This document shows, one piece after another, positions 8,585 to 15,973 of a stretch of DNA of 17,701 nt. Under the pieces are notes generated by a model that was not told where the DNA came from, did not search any database, and saw only the letters and a list, made by a program, of their open reading frames with translations. Source of the DNA: Archangiaceae bacterium (GTDB taxonomy: Bacteria; Myxococcota; Myxococcia; Myxococcales; Myxococcaceae); the NCBI GenBank assembly GCA_043750125.1, contig JAYVCD010000156.1:1-17701 (forward strand). Direction: 5' to 3'. Positions within the stretch are counted from its first letter, which is position 1. Each line of letters starts with the position of its first letter. Made by a program: the position numbers and the translations under genes.

Positions 8585-8953
8585 ATGCTCGAATTCTTCC
8601 TGGCCGGTGGCGTGCCCATGCTCGGAGTCGTGGTCTGCGGCCTGGGGGCGTTGATCGCGGCGGTGCGGTTTGCCCTCTCACCGGACCCGCGAAAAGTCAT
8701 GGCGATCGTGAGCCTCAGCGTGGCGGCGCTCGTCTCCAGCGTCCTGGGTTCTGCGGCCGACCTGACCGTGGTCTTCCGAACAATCGGCAAGATGCCCGAG
8801 TGGCAGAAGCCCGAAGTCCTGCCGTTGATCCTGATTCAAGGCGCAAGCGAGTCGCTGTCCCCCGTAATTCTGGGCCTCACCCTGCTGACCGTGATCTGGT
8901 TGGTGATGGCGGTCGGCTATCGGCGACTGGCTCCCCGCCTTCCTATGGTGTGA
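8585..8953 (+). CDS. Small 3-TM membrane protein resembling a minimal MotA/TolQ/ExbB fold
   Basis: Strong SD. FFLAGGVPM at the N-terminus, SVLGSAADLTVVF and QGASESLSPVILGL resemble ExbB/TolQ TM1-TM3 motifs by eye. Confidence 0.7.
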   Translation: MLEFFLAGGVPMLGVVVCGLGALIAAVRFALSPDPRKVMAIVSLSVAALVSSVLGSAADLTVVFRTIGKMPEWQKPEVLPLILIQGASESLSPVILGLTLLTVIWLVMAVGYRRLAPRLPMV

Positions 8954-9002
8954 GCGCGCTTGCGAAGGCGGGTGCGTTCAACTACGAGTCCCGCCGTCGC
9001 TC

Positions 9003-9076
9003 GCGCGATTAGCTCAGCTGGATAGAGCGTCGGCCTCCGAAGCCGAAGGCCAGTGGTTCGAATCCACTATCGCGCA
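9003..9076 (+). tRNA. tRNA-Arg, anticodon CCG; CCA not encoded
   Basis: Acceptor stem GCGCGAT/ATCGCGC, D arm GCTCAGCTGGATAGAGC, anticodon arm TCGGC-CTCCGAA-GCCGA, T arm AGTGG-TTCGAAT-CCACT, discriminator A at 9076. Confidence 0.97.
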
Positions 9077-9083
9077 TGGGTTC

Positions 9084-9127
9084 AAGGGCCGGAGTTCGTT
9101 GGGATTCTCCACCGGGTTCCGGCCCTT
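9084..9127 (+). terminator. Post-tRNA stem-loop (terminator or att-associated hairpin)
   Basis: AAGGGCCGGA (9084-9093) is the perfect reverse complement of TCCGGCCCTT (9118-9127), extendable with G-U pairs; the U tract is weak. Confidence 0.55.
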
Positions 9128-9234
9128 CGCTTGTCCGGTTTCGGGTGTCGGGGACGGATTTGGGACACTTCCAACGGCCGCGCGAGCCTTTTCGACTACC
9201 AGAAGCACCGCGGGCTTCGGCGGCTCGCCCTCTC

Positions 9235-9703
9235 TGCCAACGTGAGTGAGACAGCGACCCCGGTTGAATTTACTGTGCAGGGCGATGGGGTTTTCTCGCA
9301 TGTGTCGGTCGAGCAACGTTCAGTCGTGTCGTAGTCATCGTGCAGTTGTCGGGTGCCCCGCCGGAGCGAAGCGGAGGCGGCCTGTAGGAGGCGGAGCTTG
9401 GCTGAAGGTGGAAGCTGCGACGGGTGGGGGACGATGATGGAGCCCGCACTGTTTGTGGCGCAGGAGACCGTGGTCGTGGCCAAGGCGAAGCGGCGGAAGT
9501 TCTCCGCCAAGGAGAAGCTGCGGATCCTCGACGAGGCAGATGCCTGCGCGAAGACCGGCCAGCAGGGCGCGCTACTGCGGCGTGAGGGGCTGTACTCCTC
9601 GCACCTATCGGAATGGCGGCGGGCACGGGAACGTGGCGAGTTGGATGCGCTGACGCCGAAGAAGCGCGGTCGCAAGGCCCTTGCGCCCAACCCGCTGGAG
9701 AAG
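9235..9703 (+). mobile_element. IS3-family remnant: candidate left end plus truncated orfA (9434 to ~9703); no orfB
   Basis: AKAKRRKFSAKEKLRILDEADAC...GALLRREGLYSSHLSEWRRARERGELDALTPKKRGRK is a recognisable IS3 OrfA HTH, and similarity stops after NPLEK. TGCCAACGTGAGTGAGACAG at 9235 is a tentative inverted-repeat end. Confidence 0.8.
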
Positions 9704-9818
9704 GGTAAATCCTCGCCCGTCCCCGTCCCCGCCAATTCACCGCGAGATCAGCAGCGCGTGAACGCCGGTTACTGCAGCGCCCGCGGCGGCCTGCTGAGCG
9801 GCGAACTGGTGCGGCAGG

Positions 9819-10286
9819 ATGAAATCCACCCTGTCGCGCAGCTTCGAGAGCACCGCAGCCCGGACGTACGCCACCACCGCTGTCGAACACGTGAGGACGT
9901 TGGCTGAGGCACTGGTCTCCGGTGATGCCAACGGTGCTCGATTGCGAACTGTGGCCCGCGCTCTGGCGTCCGCTCGTACTCAGATTTGCCTGGTCGACGC
10001 CGCCGTTGGTCAGGCGATGGGACGCCGAGACCTCGAGACGATGGCGGCGCTGGTGAAGCTCGGCGACCAGCTGACCCGGCGCCTCGGCATTCTGCTGGAT
10101 CAGCACCGGCGTGAACTTGGGCACGACAGGTCGCGCGGTGTACTGGTGATCGGTGCAGCTCAGGACGGCAACGGCGGTGCGGCTCACGCGGGCCAGCTTC
10201 CCGCCGACCGATGTTTCGCTGATACGAATGAAATCGCCGACCTCGTTCGGTGGGCAACGGGTCTTCCTCAAATGCCCACGCACTGA
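9819..10286 (+). CDS. Hypothetical helical protein, possibly a degraded mobile-element gene
   Basis: The first ~110 aa (AVEHVRTLAEALV...LTRRLGILLDQHRRE) look protein-like. No clear SD, and the C-terminal part overlaps the next ORF. Confidence 0.35.
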   Translation: MKSTLSRSFESTAARTYATTAVEHVRTLAEALVSGDANGARLRTVARALASARTQICLVDAAVGQAMGRRDLETMAALVKLGDQLTRRLGILLDQHRRELGHDRSRGVLVIGAAQDGNGGAAHAGQLPADRCFADTNEIADLVRWATGLPQMPTH

Positions 10287-10461
10287 CTGCGGTCAGTTGG
10301 TGAACGTGATCGGGTTCGAGCCGCTCGCCGGCTTCGGCTGCAAACGGTGCCTGAAGTGGCGTCTGCGACCAGCCTGTCGGGCGTCGGCGTTGGTGAAGGA
10401 AGCGCAGGAAGCCGAAAGCCCCGCGACAGATCCGCCACGACAGCTCAGAGCTAACCTGTGA
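10153..10461 (+). pseudogene. Zn-ribbon ORF fragment of a type seen in integrative elements/prophages
   Basis: PTSFGGQRVFLKCPRTDCGQ...GFGCKRCL has an FGGxR-x4-CP...C...FxCxxC pattern; start uncertain. Confidence 0.45.
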
Positions 10462-10763
10462 ACCTCGCCTGACATGCCATTGATCAGGACAAGCACTTCT
10501 GGTGAACGAACGTGGATTTCAGCGGCCCGCATTACTGAGGAAAGCGCGGTCAGTATTTCCCCCCAGCGCTGAAAATGGCTCTCCCCGAGCGCCCACACCG
10601 GGGGTAGAGCCCGCCGCACTGAACTGATTGCCTAAGAGGCGTGGCCCAGCTCTCCGAAGAGCAGCGTTCAGTGTTCGGGCTGCAGGATCTTCTGAGGGTC
10701 AGTGGTCCGTGCGGGCGGCGGCACGTCGCTGACAGACGTTCGCTCGACGTTTTCGAAGAAAAG

Positions 10764-11381
10764 TCACAGCAGCCTGAATGCGACGCCCACGGAGAGGTTG
10801 AGCCACATCGTGTCCATGATTGCCGGGCGCGGGTTGCCATCGCGAAAGCCAATCGTGTTGCCGTCGAGCAGCAGCGACCCGACGTCGAGCCGCGCGAACC
10901 CGTCGAAAGTGTCGGTGAGCTGAACCGTCGCCATCCCGTGCCCGCGCGCTGCTGGAACCAGTTGAAACGCCCAGTCGGGCATGAACGGCGCAGCCGAGAA
11001 TTCGGCGATGTCGGAGTAGCCGGAGGAGGTCGCGAGGCCGACGCCCGCTCCGAGATCGAATCGCACTCGGCCCGCCGGAATGACAAACGCCACCGTCGGC
11101 ATCAGCCACCAACGATCGTGAACGATGGGCGATGCGGTGATGAGTCCCCACCCGAGATCGAAGCCGAGCGCGGCGTGCCTGCCCAGCCCCAGTCGCACGC
11201 CGGCGCTGACGGCCGAACCGCTTGCTCCGGGGCTGCCGAGGTAACCCAGTCCAAGGAAGACGCCGAGCTTCTGCGGGCCCGGATCGACCGGAGTAAGCTC
11301 GACAGGCTCAGTGAGCTGAAGCTCGGCGGCGCCGGCGACGGTGGAGGCGAGGACGGCGATGATCAGAAAGAACTTCTTCAT
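10764..11381 (-). CDS. Secreted protein, putative small outer-membrane beta-barrel (paralog B)
   Basis: SD AAGGAG, then ATG at 11381; signal peptide MKKFFLIIAVLASTVAGA; alternating Gly/aromatic beta-strands; ends NLSVGVAFRLL; 205 aa. Confidence 0.8.
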   Translation of the reverse strand: MKKFFLIIAVLASTVAGAAELQLTEPVELTPVDPGPQKLGVFLGLGYLGSPGASGSAVSAGVRLGLGRHAALGFDLGWGLITASPIVHDRWWLMPTVAFVIPAGRVRFDLGAGVGLATSSGYSDIAEFSAAPFMPDWAFQLVPAARGHGMATVQLTDTFDGFARLDVGSLLLDGNTIGFRDGNPRPAIMDTMWLNLSVGVAFRLL

Positions 11382-11451
11382 TTGGGGCTCCTTGAATCGG
11401 TTGAAGGGAAAGGGACGGCCTTGAACGACATCGTTCGAAGCGTTCGACTGG

Positions 11452-12033
11452 TCAGAGCAACCGGAACTGGCCGCCGAGCGAGAGGTTGATCCACATCGTG
11501 TCGGGGTTGCGGAGCGGCCCATCGCCGGTGCGCCAGCCGAGCGCGTTGCCCTCCAACAGCTGCGACGAGACGTCCACGCGCGCGAACAGCTCGAACCTTG
11601 GAGTGAGCGTGAACGCAGCCACCGCATGTCCGCGAACGGTCGGCACGCCTTGTGAGGCCCAGAGCGTACGATCGGCAGCCATGTCGTCCCAGGTGCTGAA
11701 GCCCGACGAGGTGCCGAGGCCAAGGCCCACTCCTAAATCGAGACGCACGACCTGCGTCGGGACGACTACCGCCACAGCCGGCATCAGCCACCACCGATCC
11801 TGCTTGCTGCTGAGCACCCCGTAGCCAGCGTCGAAGCTGAGCGCGAGGTGCTTGCCCATCCCGTATCGCAGCCCACCGATGACGTTGGCGCCGTCGCCGC
11901 CAGGACTCCCCTGGTAGCCAAGCCCAACGAAGGCGTGCAGTGGTCTTTGCTCGTGCTCGAGCAGCACAGGCGCGGCGGCGCCGAGCGTTGGGGTAACCAG
12001 CGTGAGGAAGGCGGCGATCAGACTTCGGGGCAT
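11452..12033 (-). CDS. Secreted protein, putative small outer-membrane beta-barrel (paralog A)
   Basis: SD GGAG; signal-like N-terminus; collinear similarity to 10764-11381; ends NLSLGGQFRLL. Confidence 0.8.
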   Translation of the reverse strand: MPRSLIAAFLTLVTPTLGAAAPVLLEHEQRPLHAFVGLGYQGSPGGDGANVIGGLRYGMGKHLALSFDAGYGVLSSKQDRWWLMPAVAVVVPTQVVRLDLGVGLGLGTSSGFSTWDDMAADRTLWASQGVPTVRGHAVAAFTLTPRFELFARVDVSSQLLEGNALGWRTGDGPLRNPDTMWINLSLGGQFRLL

Positions 12034-12099
12034 CGGGTTCTCCGGGGTGAGGTCCCGACAAGATGCACGGTCCGGCCCGATCCGATCCCTTCGATGCTC

Positions 12100-12167
12100 C
12101 GGATGGGCGGTTTGATGCGATGAGCGTCACCGACCGCGACGAGCGGAAGGGTGCGCGCGATGAACGG
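12100..12167 (-). promoter_or_regulatory. LytTR-type direct-repeat array upstream of the barrel genes
   Basis: Minus-strand boxes CCGTTCATCGC (from 12167), CCGCTCGTCGC (12146), ACGCTCATCGC (12127) and CCGCCCATCCG (12110); periods 21, 19 and 17. Confidence 0.75.
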
Positions 12168-12252
12168 TTCGCGCGGATTCGGAGCCCGTCTGCGGGTGTG
12201 TTACGAGAGCCGAAGGTTCTCAACTCGCTGTAGAGGCAAGATCTACCTACCT

Positions 12253-13311
12253 ATGACCCCGCGTGAGCCTTTCCTCGCCCGTGGGGCGCTGTTCGCACTG
12301 ACTGTCACGCCGCCGCTGATCACCCTGGTGACGCTGCCGCTCGGTTCGAGCCCACCTTCGCTGATGCACGCGGCTGGCTGCCTGCTTGCGACGAGTCTTT
12401 GCACCGTGCTCATCGGTGGTTTGATGCACGCAGCGGTCAACTGGAGCGCACCCAGGTTGCTCGTGATTGTGCGCCCCCCGTGGCTCGCCCACTTGGCGAT
12501 TGCCGTGGTCGCTGCATCGTCGGTGGTGACCGGGTTGCTAATTCTGCTGCCGTGGATCGGAGCGCTCGGACACGCGGTCGACGAGAACCTGATCACCTTC
12601 GTCCTCTATGGCTCGGTCGGAATCGCGACCCTCTACCTCGTTGGAGCGAGGGCAGCGGCGATCGTCGCGGCGCGCTCCCGCGCTCAGTCCGACCGGGCGC
12701 TCGCGAGTGCTGAAGACGCACTGCGGAATCGACTCGCGGCGCTCCAGGCGCAGATGAACCCGCACTTTCTTTTCAATACGCTCAACGCGGTTGCGAGCCT
12801 CGTACACAAACAGCCGGACCTTGCCGAGGCGACGATCGAGCGTCTGTCGGGCGTGCTGCAATACGCGATCTCCTCTGGACAGCGCGGCTCGGTTCGCTTG
12901 GGGGACGAACTGGACGCAGTGCGCGACTACCTGGGCATCGAGCAAGCGCGGTTTGGGGCGCGGTTGCGCTCCACGATCGAAGTGAGCCCCGACCTTCTCG
13001 AGACAGTGCTGCCTCCGATGTTGTTGCAGCCGCTGGTCGAGAACGCGGTGCTGCACGGGCTGGGGAGCCGCGAGCAGGGCGGGGAGATCAAGATCACCGG
13101 CCGCGCCGAGGGCAACGCGATCGTCCTCACGGTATCGGATGACGGCGTCGGGCCGGGCGGTTCGACTCGCAAAGGAAATCGCACCGGGTTGAGCAGCGTG
13201 CGCGAGCGAATCGCTCTGACGTTCGGCGACGCGGGGGCATTCTTGACGCGAGCGCGGGTCGGCGGCGGCTTCGAGTGCGAGGTGCGGGTTCCGAGGACTG
13301 CGCAGGCGTGA
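12253..13311 (+). CDS. LytS/YehU-family membrane sensor histidine kinase
   Basis: About 4 N-terminal TMs; LQAQMNPHFLFNTLN, YLGIEQARFG, LQPLVENAVLHG, VSDDGVG and TGLSSVRERI motifs. Start at ATG 12253 is tentative. Confidence 0.93.
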   Translation: MTPREPFLARGALFALTVTPPLITLVTLPLGSSPPSLMHAAGCLLATSLCTVLIGGLMHAAVNWSAPRLLVIVRPPWLAHLAIAVVAASSVVTGLLILLPWIGALGHAVDENLITFVLYGSVGIATLYLVGARAAAIVAARSRAQSDRALASAEDALRNRLAALQAQMNPHFLFNTLNAVASLVHKQPDLAEATIERLSGVLQYAISSGQRGSVRLGDELDAVRDYLGIEQARFGARLRSTIEVSPDLLETVLPPMLLQPLVENAVLHGLGSREQGGEIKITGRAEGNAIVLTVSDDGVGPGGSTRKGNRTGLSSVRERIALTFGDAGAFLTRARVGGGFECEVRVPRTAQA

Positions 13312-14009
13312 AGATCCTGGTCGTCGACGATGAGCAACTGGCGCGCGCGCGGCTGATCCGAATGCTTGCGCGCGTCGTGGACGCGGTCGTGGTGGGCGAG
13401 GCCCAGAACGGCAATGACGCGCTCGAGCAAATCACGAAGCTCATGCCGGACGTCGTACTGCTCGACGTTGAGATGCCGGGCTTCGATGGGCTCGCGCTGG
13501 CAGAGAAGCCGGGAATGCCTCCGATCATCTTCACGACGGCGCACGTGCAGTTCGCGGCCGCTGCGTTCGATCTCGACGCGGTCGACTATTTGATCAAGCC
13601 GCTGCGGCAAGACCGACTCGAGCGCGCGCTGGAACGTGTGCATCGGCGGACTGCGGCGGCGAAGCCGGCACCCTCAGCGAGCCACCAGCTGATCGTGCAC
13701 GAGAGTGGGACGGCGCGTTTCATTGATGCCCGGAAGGTGAGCGCGTTTCGTGCGACCGACAAGTACACCGAGTTCACGCTCGACGGCGAAGCGCTGCTGC
13801 TGCGCGAGAGCCTGGACGCGCTCGAGAAGCGACTGTCAGAGCTGGGCTTCTTTCGCGTTCACCGCTCCGGGCTGGTGCGGCTGGATGCGGTCGTCGCGCT
13901 CGAGAACAACAACGCGACGCTGGTGGTGAGGATGAGCGACGGAGCGCTGGTCGAGGTGAGCCGCCGCCAGGCGGTCGAACTGCGGCGACTGCTGGGCCTG
14001 CGGAAGTAA
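13308..14009 (+). CDS. LytR/AlgR-family response regulator (REC + LytTR)
   Basis: GTG at 13308 (GTGA overlap); ILVVDDE, LLDVEMPG, IIFTTAH and DYLIKP in the receiver domain; LytTR domain FFRVHRSGLV...VEVSRR. Confidence 0.95.
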   Translation: MKILVVDDEQLARARLIRMLARVVDAVVVGEAQNGNDALEQITKLMPDVVLLDVEMPGFDGLALAEKPGMPPIIFTTAHVQFAAAAFDLDAVDYLIKPLRQDRLERALERVHRRTAAAKPAPSASHQLIVHESGTARFIDARKVSAFRATDKYTEFTLDGEALLLRESLDALEKRLSELGFFRVHRSGLVRLDAVVALENNNATLVVRMSDGALVEVSRRQAVELRRLLGLRK

Positions 14010-14049
14010 GGGTTTCGGGGGCTCGTTCCCAGGCGGATGATCACTTCAC

Positions 14050-14364
14050 TCAAGCTGTCCCGTCCACGGGTCGACGAGTAAAATCAACATTCAGCATGAG
14101 CCCCATCGCAGCAGCGATCTTCTGCAGGAGGTCGAGCTTGGGCGTGACCTGACCGCTTTCGAGCCTGGCAATCGCCGATTGTGTGGTGTGAGCACGGACT
14201 GCCAGCTGTGCTTGGGTGAGGTTCTGACCCTCACGAAGTTTGCGAATGCGGCGGGCAAGCTGGCGCTTGTCCCATTCAGCGGCGAACTCCGGATCCTTCG
14301 CCCGCTGCTCCTTTACGTATTCATCAAGCGACCTGCCAATATGAGGATTTCTCTTCCTAGCCAT
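14050..14364 (-). CDS. XRE-family HTH protein, HigA-like antitoxin
   Basis: SD AAGGAGG, ATG at 14364; DPEFAAEW, IRKLREGQNLTQAQLA...QSAIARLESG...LLQKIAAAMG. Confidence 0.9.
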   Translation of the reverse strand: MARKRNPHIGRSLDEYVKEQRAKDPEFAAEWDKRQLARRIRKLREGQNLTQAQLAVRAHTTQSAIARLESGQVTPKLDLLQKIAAAMGLMLNVDFTRRPVDGTA

Positions 14365-14677
14365 TTGCAACCTCCTTCATCCGCGCCCGCGCGACCTCGA
14401 TCTCCGACCGTGGCGCCTTTTGTCCCTGCTTCTTGTAGGCGTGAAGCAGGATCATCACCGGCCCCTTGATGGTCACGTAGAACACCCGATGTCGCGAGGC
14501 CTTGATCTCCCAAAGCTTTCCTTCGATTTGTCGCGTGACCAGGCCCGCTTCGAAGCCGTGTTGTCGAATTTCGTCGAGGACGTCCAATAGAAGGGCTCGC
14601 TCATTCGCCTCCAAGGCCTCAAGGTATTTCTCCACGGGGCTGTTCCCAGCGGCGGTGGTGTAGAAGCGAACATCCAC
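14357..14677 (-). CDS. RelE/ParE-superfamily toxin (HigB/Gp49-like)
   Basis: VRFYTTAAGNSPVEKYL, GKLWEIK, RVFY and ILLHAYKKQGQKAPRSEIEVARARM motifs; lies upstream of and overlaps the HTH gene. Confidence 0.9.
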   Translation of the reverse strand: MDVRFYTTAAGNSPVEKYLEALEANERALLLDVLDEIRQHGFEAGLVTRQIEGKLWEIKASRHRVFYVTIKGPVMILLHAYKKQGQKAPRSEIEVARARMKEVANG

Positions 14678-14683
14678 CTGCGC

Positions 14684-14712
14684 AACATAGCGGTGACGCT
14701 ATAGAAGCACAA
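14684..14712 (-). promoter_or_regulatory. Candidate sigma70 promoter of the TA operon with an overlapping palindromic operator
   Basis: TTGTGC (14712-14707), 17 nt, TATGTT (14689-14684); palindrome ATAGCG-N4-CGCTAT at 14687-14702. Confidence 0.6.
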
Positions 14713-14820
14713 CCTCGAGTTCCCTCCGCTCGCAGCGGCATGGGACCTTGTGCTGCCGGGATGACTCCGTCGCGTCCGCGCGACAGTGTCACACAGGGGG
14801 CGACCGTCGAATCACGCCCG

Positions 14821-14893
14821 CCGCTCGTCGCATTGACCACACCGCTCATCGCGTAGCGGTCCCGCCCCTCGCACCGAAGTATGCGTTCGTCAC
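14821..14893 (+). promoter_or_regulatory. LytTR-type direct-repeat array upstream of the desaturase operon
   Basis: CCGCTCGTCGC (14821), CCGCTCATCGC (14842), CCGCCCCTCGC (14862) and GCGTTCGTCAC (14883); periods 21, 20 and 21. Confidence 0.8.
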
Positions 14894-14977
14894 GTTCCAT
14901 TGCGCCCAGGCGCGGACGCATGGCCTACTCCGCCCGAAAGAGGCAACAGGCACGCACGCCGTGACCCAAGGAAACCG

Positions 14978-15973
14978 ATGACCCACGTGCATAGATTCGA
15001 AACCACCCATACCGGCGAGCCCCACGCACGACGTCGGCGGGGGATCCTCGCGAAGCACCCAGAAATCCGGACTCTGATGGGCCACGATTCGAAGACCGCG
15101 TGGATCACGGTCGGGGTTGTCGCGGCTCAGCTCGTGCTGGCCTGGCTCGTTGGGCGACTGGCAAGCGCAGACAGTTGGTTGGCAAGCGGGTGGGTTATTC
15201 TTCCCCTCTCCTACCTTGTCGGCGCGGTGCTGACGCACTGGCTCGCGATGACCATCCACGAGACCACGCACAATCTCGCGTTCCGCACGCGGGCGGCCAA
15301 CATCGCCTTGTCGCTGGTCGCCAACGTTTCGATGGTGTTCCCCTGCGCGATTACTTTCCGTCGCTATCACCTCCATCACCACACCCACCTGGGCGTCGCC
15401 GGGGAAGACACGGACCTTCCGCACCGCGCGGAGGTCGCCTGGATCGGCACCTCCACCGCCCGCAAGCTTTTCTGGCTCGCGATCTATCCGTTCGTCTACA
15501 TCGGCCGCGGCCTCACGTTCGCCGGGCGGATCAGTCGAGGCGAAGTGCTCAACTGGGCGCTGATCATTCCCATCGACGTCGCGATCTACCACTGGCTCGG
15601 CCCCCCGGCGCTCGTGTACCTCGCGCTGAGCATGTTCTTTGCCCACGGCCTGCACCCGGTGGCCGCCCACTTTGTCCACGAGCACTACGTCTTCTCGCGC
15701 GGACAGGAAACCTTCTCCTATTACGGCCCGTTGAATCGGGTCACCTTCAACGTGGGCTTCCACAACGAGCACCACGACTTCATGAACATCCCCGGCCGTC
15801 GGCTTCCCGAGCTGCGGCGAATGGCCAGCGAGTCGTACAGTTCGCTCACTTCGCACCGCTCGTGGACGAAGGTGCTGTGGCTGTTCATCACCGATCGCGG
15901 CATCGGGCCGGCCAGCCGCATCGTGCGAAGCCCCGAAGACTTTCATCGTGGGGCCGCGGACGGCGCAGCATGA
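14978..15973 (+). CDS. Sphingolipid Delta4-desaturase/C4-hydroxylase (DES1/DEGS)-like membrane desaturase
   Basis: SD AAGGA, ATG at 14978; N-terminal EPHARRRRGILAKHPEI; His boxes HETTH, HLHHH and HNEHH; GLHPVAAHFVHEHY and QETFSYYGPLNRVTFNVGFHNEHHDF motifs. Confidence 0.92.
   Translation: MTHVHRFETTHTGEPHARRRRGILAKHPEIRTLMGHDSKTAWITVGVVAAQLVLAWLVGRLASADSWLASGWVILPLSYLVGAVLTHWLAMTIHETTHNLAFRTRAANIALSLVANVSMVFPCAITFRRYHLHHHTHLGVAGEDTDLPHRAEVAWIGTSTARKLFWLAIYPFVYIGRGLTFAGRISRGEVLNWALIIPIDVAIYHWLGPPALVYLALSMFFAHGLHPVAAHFVHEHYVFSRGQETFSYYGPLNRVTFNVGFHNEHHDFMNIPGRRLPELRRMASESYSSLTSHRSWTKVLWLFITDRGIGPASRIVRSPEDFHRGAADGAA

Noticed and set aside
8960-8988. Possible tRNA promoter TTGCGA-N17-TACGAG
   Set aside because: The -10 lacks the conserved final T; too weak to call.
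9053-10283. ORFs 9053-9334 (+), 9196-9735 (-) and 9270-10283 (-) as a possible integrase or transposase orfB
   Set aside because: No tyrosine-recombinase R-H-R-Y pattern or DDE motif was seen. They overlap the tRNA or lie antisense to the IS orfA.
10293-10763. Unassigned stretch with minus-strand ORF 10293-10619
   Set aside because: No motif, clear SD, repeat or RNA structure recognised; left unannotated.
11423-11436. Palindrome GAACGA-CA-TCGTTC between the barrel genes
   Set aside because: Short, with a 2-nt loop and no second copy found; no function can be supported.
12100-14893. The two repeat arrays read as mini-CRISPRs
   Set aside because: The repeats are 11 nt and degenerate with 6-10 nt gaps, and no cas genes are present; they fit transcription-factor boxes.
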